Source of the DNA: an uncultured Actinomycetes bacterium
GTDB lineage: Bacteria > Actinomycetota > UBA4738 > JBBDTT01
Reading direction: 5' to 3'
Length of the DNA: 64,000 bases
NCBI GenBank assembly: GCA_963742735.1
Contig: CAVUMN010000004.1
Span: 1,184,001-1,248,000, forward strand
The notes beneath the pieces were generated by a model, which saw only the letters and a list, made by a program, of their open reading frames with translations, did no database searches and was not told where the DNA came from. The position numbers and the translations under genes were made by a program. Numbering within the stretch: position 1 is the stretch's first letter; every line of letters starts with the position of its first letter. Shown in pieces: positions 21,808 to 30,811 of this stretch.

Positions 21808-22650
21808 GTGAACCGAGCCAAGACCTGGATCCTGATCGCCGGCCTGATGGGCCTGTTCGTGGCGATCGGAAGCCTCATCGGCGGACGGGGCGGAGCGACC
21901 GTGGCGCTCGGCCTGGCGTTCGTCTTCAACTTCGCCATGTACTGGATGAGCGACCGCATCGCGCTGGCCACCACCCGCTCCAAGCCGGTGACCGAGGCCG
22001 AGTTCCCCGAGTACCACGCGATCGTCCGCGAGCTCGCCGCGCAGAAGCGCATCCCCATGCCCAGGCTCTACGTCAGCGAGATGGACCAGCCGAACGCCTT
22101 CGCCACCGGGCGCAACCCCGAGCACGCGGCGGTCTCGGTCACCCGCGGCATCGTGAACATCCTCGACGAGCGCGAGCTTCGCGGCGTGCTCGCCCACGAG
22201 CTGTCGCACGTCCTCAATCGCGACATCCTGATCAACACGATCGCCGCAGCCATCGGCACCGCGATCAGCTACCTGGCGATGATGGTGTTCTGGTTCGGCG
22301 GGGACGACGACGACAACCCGCTGGGGATCTTCGGGGTGCTGCTGGTGTGGCTCCTGGCGCCGATCGCGGCCGCGATCATCCAGATGGCCATCTCTCGCTC
22401 CCGCGAGTTCCAGGCCGACGAGTCGGGCGCCCACCTGTCGAAGGATCCCGAGGCCCTGGCGAGCGCGCTGGCCAAGCTCGAGCAGACCGCGAGGCAGGTC
22501 CCGGCCCGCGTGGCCCCGGCCCAGGCCCACATGTTCATCGTGAACCCGCTGGCCGGCGTTCGAGGAGGCGTGTCCGGGCTGTTCTCGACCCATCCGCCGA
22601 CCGAGGAGCGCATCCGGCGGCTGCGGGAGCTGGCGCCGCACATCCGCTGA
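21808..22650 (+). CDS. htpX: Membrane zinc metalloprotease HtpX (M48)
   Basis: PNAFATGRNP, HELSH, SRSREFQAD, FSTHPP; GTG after GAGG. Confidence 0.93.
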   Translation: MNRAKTWILIAGLMGLFVAIGSLIGGRGGATVALGLAFVFNFAMYWMSDRIALATTRSKPVTEAEFPEYHAIVRELAAQKRIPMPRLYVSEMDQPNAFATGRNPEHAAVSVTRGIVNILDERELRGVLAHELSHVLNRDILINTIAAAIGTAISYLAMMVFWFGGDDDDNPLGIFGVLLVWLLAPIAAAIIQMAISRSREFQADESGAHLSKDPEALASALAKLEQTARQVPARVAPAQAHMFIVNPLAGVRGGVSGLFSTHPPTEERIRRLRELAPHIR

Positions 22651-22821
22651 AACCGGGACGAATCGACCGATCGGCCACCCCTGAGGGCGATTCGGGCGAG
22701 ACGTTCGCCTTCGTCCGGCCCTTCCGGTATGGTCCCGCGCAACGTGCAGGACTTCCGCCCGCGCCACGCGAAGTTCATGAGACCCCGACCGGGTGCCGAT
22801 ACCCCCTGGCGGAGGGTTGAT

Positions 22822-23971
22822 ATGCGGACGAGTCGACGGATCGCGGTTGCGGGAGCACTGCTGGTGGCGCTGACGGTCGCGCTGCCCACTGCCGGCAACG
22901 CCCTTCCGCCCATCCCGCTCCCGTCGATCTTCCCCTCGCCGTCGCCGAGCCCCTCGGTGCAGCCCCCGCGCCCGTCGCCGACCGGGAGCCCCCACGGCGA
23001 CGGCCCGAACGCCGGGACCGACGGCGTCGCCACCCCCGACGGAAAGACCCCGCCGTTCCGCCTGACCGGGCCGAACAACACCGCGAAGCTCGTGGAGACC
23101 CTGTCCGAGCTGACCCGGCTCGGGATCCCGCTGAAGCGCGCGCTGATCTCCGGGATGGGCCGGCTCCCCGTCGCGGGGATCGCCTACTGGTCCGACGACT
23201 GGCACGCTCCCCGGTGCTGCCCCGAGCCCCACGAGCACCAGGGCCTCGACGTGTTCGCGCCGAAGAACGCGCCGGCCCTCGCCGTCGCCGAGGGCACGGT
23301 CACCCGGATCGTGAACGGCCCCGTGAGCGGCAAGGCCATCTACCTCACCGACGCCCACGGCACCTACTACTTCTACGGCCACCTGAACGGCTTCGCGAAG
23401 GAGCTCCGTGAGGGCCAGGAGGTCCACATCGGCCAGGTCCTCGGCTACGTCGGCAACACCGGGAACGCGGTCGGCACGCCGGCCCACATCCACTTCGAGG
23501 TCCACCCCGGCGGCGGCGTCGCGGTTCCTCCCAAGCCGCACCTCGACCGGTGGCTCGCCCAGGCCGAGCGCGAGGCCGAGGCGATGATCGCCCGCCGCGC
23601 CGACGAGCTCGCGATGGCCGAGCGCGTCGACTTCCGCCTCCGCCGCGCGTTCGACCTCGAGGGCGGCCGGCGCGATCGGCTCCAGCGCCCAGCAGTTCCT
23701 GTTCTTCGCGGGGATGCAGCCCGCGGTCTCCTCGCTGGAGATGGCCCAGCAGACACTGGGACAGATGGCCTGGGAGATCGACTGGGCCGACCTCGCCGAC
23801 GTCGAGCTGGCCGAGCTGGCCCGGCAGGTCGCGGCGCTGCAGACCGAGGCCGGATCGCTGGCCGTCTCGCCGTGGGGTCCGTTCGGGCCCGCGCTGATGT
23901 CCGTCCGAGCAGGTCTACGGGGCCCCGACCGGGGACTGACGCTCGCCGCCCCTACGGGCGGAAGTTCGTGA
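22822..23971 (+). CDS. Secreted M23 family peptidase with probable frameshift near 23668 (C-terminus continues in the 23669-23971 frame)
   Basis: Signal peptide, Pro-rich linker, HQGLD (HxxxD), YGHL, HIHFE (HxH); GC3-rich coding pattern switches frame at ~23668. Confidence 0.75.
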
Positions 23972-24446
23972 ACTGCAGCGGGATCCCGAAGTCGTGCTCC
24001 TTCAGGGACCGCATCACGACCTGCAGGTCGTCCTTCTTCTTCCCGGTGATCCGGATCTGATCGCCCATCACCTGGGACTGGACCTTGGCGGGGAGGGTCT
24101 TGACGAACTTCGTGACCTCCCGCGCCTTCTCGTCGTTGATGCCGTGGGTGATGTTCACGTTCTGGCGGAACGTGGACTTGGCGGCGGGCAGGACCGCGCC
24201 CTCGCTGAGGGCCTTCAACGACACGTTCCGCCGGACGAGCTTCTCCTTGAGGACCTCGAGCGCGGCGGCCACGCGGTTCTCGCTGTTGCCGCGGATCTCG
24301 ATCAGGTCGGCGTCCTGGGTGAGCGACGAGCCCGTGTTCTTGAAGTCGAACCGGGTGAGGATCTCGCGCTGTGCCTGGTCCACCGCGTTGGTGACCTCGT
24401 TCAGCGCGACCTCGGAGACGACGTCGAAGGAGAAGTCCTTGGCCAC
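23952..24446 (-). CDS. yajQ: YajQ family nucleotide/c-di-GMP-binding protein
   Basis: SFDVVSEV, NAVDQA, RFDFKN, RITGKKKDDLQ, PLQFTNFR. Confidence 0.93.
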   Translation of the reverse strand: MAKDFSFDVVSEVALNEVTNAVDQAQREILTRFDFKNTGSSLTQDADLIEIRGNSENRVAAALEVLKEKLVRRNVSLKALSEGAVLPAAKSTFRQNVNITHGINDEKAREVTKFVKTLPAKVQSQVMGDQIRITGKKKDDLQVVMRSLKEHDFGIPLQFTNFRP

Positions 24447-24451
24447 GGTGC

Positions 24452-24458
24452 TACTCTA
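24452..24458. promoter_or_regulatory. Overlapping divergent -10 elements (TAGAGT for leaderless yajQ; TACTCT toward tRNA-Tyr)
   Basis: TAnnnT on both strands; 6 nt from yajQ GTG. Confidence 0.45.
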
Positions 24459-24492
24459 GCCACAGAGGCGGCCTGCGGGCCGCCTCGAGCGC

Positions 24493-24574
24493 GGGAGGGT
24501 GCCCGAGCGGCCAAAGGGAGCGGTCTGTAAAATCGCCGGCGTAGCCTACGGAGGTTCGAATCCTCCCCCTCCCA
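24493..24574 (+). tRNA. tRNA-Tyr(GTA)
   Basis: Acceptor stem GGGAGGG/CCCTCCC, anticodon loop CTGTAAA, long variable arm, GGTTCGAAT; CCA not encoded. Confidence 0.96.
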
Positions 24575-24581
24575 CTCGTTC

Positions 24582-24695
24582 GGCACGGCTTCGCCGTTGC
24601 AGGCCGGCCTCGGCCTCGGTATCGAACCGCCTCATGAGCTCATGCGCCCATTGCGAGATCTCGTATGTCCTGGCGACCTCCGCCTTCGTCCTGCC
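24582..24695 (-). mobile_element. Degenerate IS481-family transposase N-terminal HTH remnant
   Basis: GRTKAEVARTYEISQWAHELMRRFDTEAEAGLQRRSR resembles the IS481 N-terminal pattern G..xxEVARxYGVSxxWVxxLxxRY..EGxAGL.xRSR; no DDE domain. Confidence 0.6.
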
Positions 24696-24739
24696 TGACC
24701 CTGGATGCGACGCGCCCGATCTGACTTTAAGCCATACAA

Positions 24740-25525
24740 TCATGCGGAGTGCGCTTCAACCTGCGTGGCTTCGAATTTTGATCCACGGCACCGCGCTGTA
24801 ACGCTGATCTCTCCTCCCCTCCATAGAGACTCTTCAAGATCCTCTCTTGTGAGAGGCATCCCGAGCGTCTCGGGGACATCTACGGCGACCTCCGCCTCCT
24901 GGTAGATATTCGGCGACGAGTGACTCACTCGCAGGACCACCACATAGGGCGGACGCAGATCAACCTCCGTCGTTTCGGCTGGTCCGATAATGCCGAGCCA
25001 TTGGCCCCGCAACTCGATTGGTTCGCTGGCCGGATCGCATGCAGGGGGGACAAGATACTTCCGTAGCCCTGCCGGAACAGTTTCGAGATCCTTGTTCACC
25101 AGCAGGATGGCTCCATCCGCCGTAACGATGGCCGTTTGCGAATCTATCCCGGGGAGCTGGGACACCTCTACGGTTTCGGACTTGTCACCAGAACAAGCCT
25201 CTACAGACCCGAACCCAAGGCTCGTGGTTCCCCTGGCCGGGGTGCCCGCGGGGACTCCCGTGTATGCGATGCCTTCGAAGTGGACGACATAGGCGCACTC
25301 CGAGTCCTCATCCCCCAGATTGATGGCCGACGTGGGGCCCGCCGACGTGTCCGACTCGATAATGGCGAAACTGATAGTGCCGAGAGCTCCCACGGCTACA
25401 AGAATCGCGAGGATTACCGGAACCCGTGATGATCGGTGCCCAGCTTTTCTGGCAGTGATTTCATCCCACTGATCCGGTGCTTGCAAGGGCCCGACGCGCC
25501 TGAATCTAGACTCCAGCTCATCCAT
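24740..25525 (-). CDS. Single-pass membrane protein, putative anti-sigma/sensor of the upstream ECF sigma (DUF6281-like Cys-containing extracellular domain)
   Basis: ATG start overlaps the 3' end of the sigma gene; short charged N-terminus, one TM, extracellular CAYVVHFEG..Y..LG.G...C..D region. Confidence 0.6.
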   Translation of the reverse strand: MDELESRFRRVGPLQAPDQWDEITARKAGHRSSRVPVILAILVAVGALGTISFAIIESDTSAGPTSAINLGDEDSECAYVVHFEGIAYTGVPAGTPARGTTSLGFGSVEACSGDKSETVEVSQLPGIDSQTAIVTADGAILLVNKDLETVPAGLRKYLVPPACDPASEPIELRGQWLGIIGPAETTEVDLRPPYVVVLRVSHSSPNIYQEAEVAVDVPETLGMPLTREDLEESLWRGGEISVTARCRGSKFEATQVEAHSA

Positions 25526-25982
25526 GGTCCCTCCTAATTGTGGTCCGCAGACGCTTGCGAGCTCGGTGCAAGTGAACCCCGACGGTCGACCGACTAGACC
25601 CCATGCGGCGTGCGACCTCGTCAAGCGTAAGCGCGCCGTAGTAGTAGAGAATCACAGCGGCCCGCTGCTTTGGTGGTAGGTCAAGTAGTTCGGCGATGAG
25701 CTCAGTCGTCGGCTCGGTCATTTCGTAGAATGTTTCAGGAATCTCGTAAGTCTCTCGCTGCCGACGCTTCAGCTCTACCGCCGCAACGCGAAATCCGACT
25801 CTCCAGACCCAGCGATCCAAATCGTGGACTTGATCACCGGCCTCGAGCGCACGGGCAAAGGCTTCCGCCACCGCGTCACTCGCTACTCCGGCATCTCCCG
25901 AGAACAACAGGAGCGATCGCCAGAGATGCGGACCGGTTTGGCGATACACCTGCTCGGCGCGGTCGAGCCATCGATCGGTCAC
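25518..25982 (-). CDS. ECF sigma-70 factor
   Basis: Region 2 (ASDAVAEAFARAL..WVWRVGFR) and region 4 (LPPKQRAAVILYYY..DEVARRMG..TVGVHLHRARKRL); start uncertain (25982-26048). Confidence 0.85.
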   Translation of the reverse strand: MTDRWLDRAEQVYRQTGPHLWRSLLLFSGDAGVASDAVAEAFARALEAGDQVHDLDRWVWRVGFRVAAVELKRRQRETYEIPETFYEMTEPTTELIAELLDLPPKQRAAVILYYYGALTLDEVARRMGSSRSTVGVHLHRARKRLRTTIRRDHG

Positions 25983-26229
25983 TCGAAGCACACCATATAG
26001 AGGCCAGGGGTGGCCAAATGCTTTACCTGCGGGCGAAGAATAGAACACACTCCGTCATCCGGACCTGGTCTTCACGAAGCTAATCTGGCGAAACAGTCGA
26101 GACACGACAGGCCGCTACTACAGCAACTGAATGGCCGGGGCAGACGGTGGCTCCCATGCGATTCCAGTTGTGGGCCTTGATTTCCCTATCGCCCCGGGGG
26201 GATATTGAGTGGTACGAGCGAGGCGCCCC

Positions 26230-27189
26230 ATGTCGCGACGCGCTTTGGCAGTTGGATTAGCCCTGTTTCTTCTAGCGCCCGGGCCGGCCTTGGCTCAGGC
26301 TACCGGAGGCGGTTCAGCCGACAGGCCGAGCGATCCCCCCACCGGCCTGCGCCCAGGCGATGAAGTTCGCGACGGACGGATCTCGCTTCGGGTTCCCCCG
26401 AAAGGCCAAAGAGTTTGGAAGCACGAGACCTACCCCGACGGAACCCAAGTCCTGGGCATCACCACGGAACCCGACGGCAAGGTGGCAGTTCATAACTACG
26501 GGGACGAGAGTGCAAAGCCAGCGGGGGAGGACGGACAGAAGTCGAGCGCGGCGGTCGCTGTCGACGACCCCTTTCCTGACTCCCTGCCGTCTTGTTCAAA
26601 TCCCCACAATGATCCCAAAGACGGCAAATGGTACAGTCGGGTCGACTGGTACCTAAATATCGATACCATCCCGCTCGGTGAGGTTCAAGAGGACAATGCC
26701 ATTCAGGCGTTCCGCGACGGAATCACTAATATTGTCAGAGGCGACAACCCCTGTGGCTACCCGGATCAGATTGATGCCACGTCGCTCTATTTTGGGGACA
26801 CGAACTATTCATCTGGCGTTAGTTTCGGCAGCGGGTGCACTTGGGATGGCCGCAACGTAGCGGACTTCAAGATGGCGTCGGGGTCACCAGCGACGGGTGG
26901 CGCGTGCACTCGCCAGATTCTTTACGGCGTATGGACGATCGTTGAGGGAGACATAACCTTGAACGACGCCCGCGTTTGGACCGCGAATCCGATTCCGGGC
27001 CAGTGCTCGGGAAAGTCCGACGTTGAGTCAACGGTAACTCACGAACGCGGTCACAATTTTGGCCTAAACGACTTGGCCGCCACGGCCGACAAGAACCTGA
27101 CGATGTCGGCCGGCGCCCTAAGCTGCGCGACGTACAAGAGAGACCTGGGTCTGGGTGACGTAGTGGGCTTACAGGACAAGTACTCGTAG
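26230..27189 (+). CDS. Secreted matrixin/metzincin-type zinc metalloprotease
   Basis: Signal peptide ending ALA-Q; HERGHNFGLND zinc motif followed by LTMS Met-turn; six Cys in the mature region. Confidence 0.75.
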   Translation: MSRRALAVGLALFLLAPGPALAQATGGGSADRPSDPPTGLRPGDEVRDGRISLRVPPKGQRVWKHETYPDGTQVLGITTEPDGKVAVHNYGDESAKPAGEDGQKSSAAVAVDDPFPDSLPSCSNPHNDPKDGKWYSRVDWYLNIDTIPLGEVQEDNAIQAFRDGITNIVRGDNPCGYPDQIDATSLYFGDTNYSSGVSFGSGCTWDGRNVADFKMASGSPATGGACTRQILYGVWTIVEGDITLNDARVWTANPIPGQCSGKSDVESTVTHERGHNFGLNDLAATADKNLTMSAGALSCATYKRDLGLGDVVGLQDKYS

Positions 27190-27286
27190 CTGCGACGAGC
27201 CTGGATAACACGCGGATACAACCATGCGGGGCTCGGCCCTGTGGCGGTGTAGGGGTATCAAAAAGGAGGGTGAGGAAGGTGACACG

Positions 27287-27460
27287 ATGAGCGGCGCTCG
27301 AGCCTGCTGCTGGTGGGAGGCAACCTGCCCAGGCAGAGATTCCCAGCCGACGAAAGGCCACAGCGTGGGCTCGCGCTGCCCCCACTGTGGGCTCGAGACT
27401 GAGTACTCCGATCAGAACCACCGAGCAGCGCGCGGGGTCCCGCGTCGCGATTGTCGTTGA
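27287..27460 (+). CDS. Possible small Cys-rich protein (CPHCG motif)
   Basis: Purine-rich SD-like sequence upstream; 57 codons; weak codon bias. Confidence 0.25.
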   Translation: MSGARACCWWEATCPGRDSQPTKGHSVGSRCPHCGLETEYSDQNHRAARGVPRRDCR

Positions 27461-27529
27461 GCGAACCCGCGTCTTCTGTCCTGTCCCCGTGGCGAGCTGA
27501 GGATGACGACGTGCTTCTTGAACACAAGG

Positions 27530-27799
27530 TCGCGGCTGGCGTTCCAGTCGCTGGCCGTCCTGGCCACCCGGGAGGGGCGGCACCAGGGCGCGCTGCGCCT
27601 GGCGGCCGGCTCGGAGCGCCTCGACGAGGGCGCCGGTGCAACCCGTACGGCGGGGTTCGCCGGCCTGCTGGAGGGGGATCCGGCTGCCGAGGCCCGCGCC
27701 GGGCTCGCCGACGACGAGGAGGCCGACCGGGCGTTGCAGGAGGGCCGCGCCATGACCCTCGACCAGGCGGTGGCCGTCGCCCGCGGGGACGAGGCCTGA
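27530..27799 (+). pseudogene. 3' remnant of an ATPase/TPR regulator or adenylate-cyclase-like protein
   Basis: ALRLAAGSERL...EGRAMTLDQAVAVA is typical of the C-terminus of AfsR/LuxR-ATPase-TPR proteins; N-terminal part absent; GC content rises abruptly here. Confidence 0.6.
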
Positions 27800-27806
27800 G
27801 CACCGT

Positions 27807-28307
27807 TTACGCCTCGTCGACGGTGATGACGTCGTTGAGGCGCACGCCCTTGTCCTCGAAGAACCCCCGGTTCACCTCGAGCGCGCCCTGCGCGGGCGCC
27901 CCCGAGCCGTAGAGCGGACACGGCTCGGCGGTGCACGGGTCCATGTCCTGGATCGAGACGATGGTCCCGTCCGCGCGGAAGTAGGCGATCGACAGCGGGA
28001 TGAGCGTGTCCTTCATCCAGAACTGCCGGGGCTGCTCGTCGGAGAACAGAAACACCATCCCGGAGTTCGCCGGGAGCGACGTCCGCCCCATCAGCCCCTG
28101 CTGGTGGGCCTCGTCGGTGTGGGCGATCTCGACCTGCAGGGTGACCGTCGCGTCGAGCACGTCGATCGTGGCGGTGCCCCGTCCGAACAGCGAGGACGAG
28201 CCCGTTGAGGATCCCGGCGGCGTGGGGCTGGAGCCCGGATCCGGGGCCCGATCGCACGCGGACGCCGCCAGGAGCAGCGCCGTCAAGAGCACGGACAGTC
28301 GCCTCAT
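27807..28307 (-). CDS. DUF192 family lipoprotein
   Basis: Lipobox ASA-C; GLMGR..GMVFLF..FWMKDTLIPLSIAYF..ALEVNRG. Confidence 0.88.
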   Translation of the reverse strand: MRRLSVLLTALLLAASACDRAPDPGSSPTPPGSSTGSSSLFGRGTATIDVLDATVTLQVEIAHTDEAHQQGLMGRTSLPANSGMVFLFSDEQPRQFWMKDTLIPLSIAYFRADGTIVSIQDMDPCTAEPCPLYGSGAPAQGALEVNRGFFEDKGVRLNDVITVDEA

Positions 28308-28332
28308 GCACCCACTATCATCGACCGAACTC

Positions 28333-28405
28333 GCTGGAGTAGCTCAGACGGCAGAGCACCGCCATGGTAAGGCGGGGGTCCGGGGTTCGATTCCCCGCTC
28401 CAGCT
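28333..28405 (+). tRNA. tRNA-Thr(GGT)
   Basis: GCTGGAG/CTCCAGC acceptor stem, anticodon loop ATGGTAA, GGTTCGATT. Confidence 0.96.
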
Positions 28406-28427
28406 CCGAGGCGTCCGAAGGAGATCC

Positions 28428-28787
28428 ATGGACGAGTCCGCGGTTCGCGACTGGGTTGACCGGTACGTGCATGCGTGGGGGTCCAACGACCCCGACGAGA
28501 TCGCCGCGCTGTTCACCGAGGACGGGCGGTACTACACCGCGCCGCACCGCGAGCCCTGGGCGGGGCAGGACGAGATCGTCCGCGGATGGCTCGGCCGCAA
28601 GGACGACCAGGGTGACTGGACCTTCGAGTACGACGTCCTGGCCGTGGCCGGCGACCTCGCCTTCGTACGGGGCCGCACCGGGTACAAGAGCGAGGGCAAC
28701 GACTACAGCAACCTGTGGGTCCTTCGACTGGACGACGCCGGCCGGTGCGCCGAGTTCATCGAGTGGTGGATGGAGGCGACCGGCTGA
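28428..28787 (+). CDS. SnoaL/NTF2-like family protein
   Basis: WVDRYVHAW.SND...LFTEDGRY..P, YSNLWVLRL..GRCAEFIEW; GAAGGAG SD. Confidence 0.85.
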   Translation: MDESAVRDWVDRYVHAWGSNDPDEIAALFTEDGRYYTAPHREPWAGQDEIVRGWLGRKDDQGDWTFEYDVLAVAGDLAFVRGRTGYKSEGNDYSNLWVLRLDDAGRCAEFIEWWMEATG

Positions 28788-28824
28788 CCGCACCCCGTTC
28801 GCCCTCCGGTAGACTTGACGCCAC

Positions 28825-28899
28825 GGCGGCGTAGCTCAGGGGCAGAGCAAGCGGCTCATAATCGCTGTGTCGGTGGTTCGAGTCCACCCGCCGCTACCA
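28825..28899 (+). tRNA. tRNA-Met(CAT), probably elongator
   Basis: GGCGGCG/CGCCGCT stem, loop CTCATAA, encoded CCA; -10 TAGACT at 28810-28815; lacks the three consecutive G-C anticodon-stem pairs of fMet. Confidence 0.92.
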
Positions 28900-28927
28900 A
28901 CCCGACGAGACCGAAGAGGAACCGAGG

Positions 28928-29092
28928 ATGCCGAAGTCCGACAAGCGCCCGAAGATCACGCTCGCCTGCGGAGAGTGCAAGCGGCGGAACTACGCGACGG
29001 TCAAGAACAAGGCCAACGATCGCGATCGCATCGAGCTGAACAAGTACTGCCGGTGGTGCCAGAAGCACACCGCCCACAAGGAGACGCGCTAG
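28928..29092 (+). CDS. rpmG: 50S ribosomal protein L33 (zinc-binding type); not in the ORF track
   Basis: [38 protein letters not shown], 54 aa, GAGG SD. Confidence 0.97.
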   Translation: MPKSDKRPKITLACGECKRRNYATVKNKANDRDRIELNKYCRWCQKHTAHKETR

Positions 29093-29427
29093 CTCCTTGC
29101 CTCTCGGCCGTCCCCGTTCTCCGGGAACGCCTCCAGGCGGACCTTCCCCGACCGGATCGCGAACGTGATCGCCTCGAGCTTGGAGTGCACTCCCAGCTTC
29201 GTCAGCGTGTTCTGCACGTGCGTGCGCAGCGTGTGACGGCTGATCCCGAGCCGGTCGGAGATCGCGTCGGGGCCGAGGCCGTCGGCCGTCAGCTGGAGGA
29301 TCTCCACCTCGCGCGCCGTGAGCCGCTCGGCGCGCTCGCGCGGCGTCGCCTCTCCGCGGCGTCGCCGGGACAGCGTCGAGTCGGCCTGGGGCTCTGTGCG
29401 TGCGGGCATGCCGAGGAATCCTGACAT
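29089..29427 (-). CDS. Stand-alone LuxR-type HTH regulator
   Basis: [34 protein letters not shown]; start 29427 or 29409. Confidence 0.75.
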   Translation of the reverse strand: MSGFLGMPARTEPQADSTLSRRRRGEATPRERAERLTAREVEILQLTADGLGPDAISDRLGISRHTLRTHVQNTLTKLGVHSKLEAITFAIRSGKVRLEAFPENGDGREARS

Positions 29428-29533
29428 CGGCCCGCGCCCGTGTCCATCGGCCGTTTGACCCTCGGAACGACGGTCCCGTAGCCTTCGAACCGGCCCGGGT
29501 CCGGGCCGAATCCGAACGCGGTAGGAGGCAACG

Positions 29534-30340
29534 TTGGGTCGTCTCGAAGGAAGGGTCGCGGTCGTCACCGGCGCCGGCAGGGGTATCGGCTCGGCGACCG
29601 CTCGCAAGTTCGCGGAGGAGGGCGCCGCCGTCGTGGTCAACGACGTCGATCCCGCGCCCGCGGAGGAGACCGCACAGGCCATCAAGGACGCCGGCGGACG
29701 GGCCATGGTCTCGAGTGAGAACACCGTCGATCTGGAGCAGGCGAAGCAGATGTTCGCCCGGGCGAACGAGGAGTTCGGCAAGATCGACATCGTCGTGAAC
29801 AACGCGGGCATCACCCGCGACAAGACGTTCCACAACCTCGACGACGAGACGTGGGACTTCGTCCTGGACGTGAACCTCAAGACCGCGTTCCACACCTCGC
29901 TCGCGTCCATGCCCTACCTGCGCGAGGCCGCGAAGCGGGAGATGGCCGAGCAGGGAGCGCCCGCCTATCACCGCAAGATCACGTTCACGACCTCGACGGC
30001 CGCGCTCATCGGCAACTCCGGGCAGGCCAACTACACGGCGGCGAAGGGGGCGATCGTCTCGCTGACGAAGACCCTCGCCCGCGAGCTCGGGCCGTTCAAG
30101 ATCAACGTGAACGCCGTGGCCCCGGGGTTCATCGAGACCCGCCTCACCCAGGCCAAGCAGGAAGGAAACGACATCGGGATCCCGGAGTCGATCCGGTCGA
30201 TGGCCCTGATGTTGATCGGTCTCGGCCGGTACGGGGAGCCCGAGGACGTCGCCAACGCCCACCTGTTCCTGGCCAGCCACGAGGCGGACTACGTCTCGGG
30301 AGTGATCCTGCCCGTCGCCGGCGCGCAGCTCGGCGCCTAG
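29534..30340 (+). CDS. SDR oxidoreductase (3-oxoacyl-ACP reductase-like)
   Basis: TGAGRGIG, NNAGITRD, YTAAK, NAVAPG; TTG after GGAGG. Confidence 0.9.
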   Translation: MGRLEGRVAVVTGAGRGIGSATARKFAEEGAAVVVNDVDPAPAEETAQAIKDAGGRAMVSSENTVDLEQAKQMFARANEEFGKIDIVVNNAGITRDKTFHNLDDETWDFVLDVNLKTAFHTSLASMPYLREAAKREMAEQGAPAYHRKITFTTSTAALIGNSGQANYTAAKGAIVSLTKTLARELGPFKINVNAVAPGFIETRLTQAKQEGNDIGIPESIRSMALMLIGLGRYGEPEDVANAHLFLASHEADYVSGVILPVAGAQLGA

Positions 30341-30356
30341 GAGGAAGGAAAGAGCC

Positions 30357-30809
30357 ATGCCCCTGAACCAGTCGCTGAAGGGCAAGGAGTACGGGGAGGT
30401 GTCCTTCACCGTGGAGCGCGACAAGGTCAACCAGTTCGCGCAGGCGGTGGGGGAGACCGACCCGATCTACACCGACACCGAGGCGGCAAAGGCCGCCGGC
30501 TACCCCGAGCAGGTCGCGCCGCCGACCTTCGCGACGGTCCTGCAGATGGCCGCGAGCGGCTACGTCGTGAACGACCAGGACCTGCACCTGGACTACACGC
30601 GGGTCGTCCACGGCGAGCAGGAGTTCGAGTACACCCGCCCGCTCTACGTGGGCGACAAGCTGACCGCGGTCCCGAGGGTCGGGGACATCTACGCGAAGGG
30701 CGCGAACGAGTTCCTGGTCATCGAGGCGGAGATCAAGGACGAGTCCGGGAACACGGTCGTCGTGTCCCGTTCGACGATCCTGTCCCGCGGAACGGCGGAG
30801 GGGGCATAG
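30357..30809 (+). CDS. MaoC/hotdog dehydratase subunit (HadA-like)
   Basis: FAQAVGETDP, APPTF, VVHGEQEFEYTRP. Confidence 0.88.
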   Translation: MPLNQSLKGKEYGEVSFTVERDKVNQFAQAVGETDPIYTDTEAAKAAGYPEQVAPPTFATVLQMAASGYVVNDQDLHLDYTRVVHGEQEFEYTRPLYVGDKLTAVPRVGDIYAKGANEFLVIEAEIKDESGNTVVVSRSTILSRGTAEGA

Positions 30810-30811
30810 CC

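Noticed and set aside
22651-22821. c-di-AMP (ydaO) riboswitch upstream of the M23 peptidase
   Set aside because: Conserved ydaO motifs not seen; an Rfam/Infernal scan would be decisive
24550-27800. Integrative element with attL/attR at tRNA-Tyr
   Set aside because: No repeat of the tRNA 3' end and no integrase found by eye
28825-28899. Initiator tRNA-fMet
   Set aside because: Has a G1-U72 pair rather than a C1 mismatch and lacks three consecutive G-C pairs closing the anticodon stem; tRNA-Ile2 is not strictly excluded
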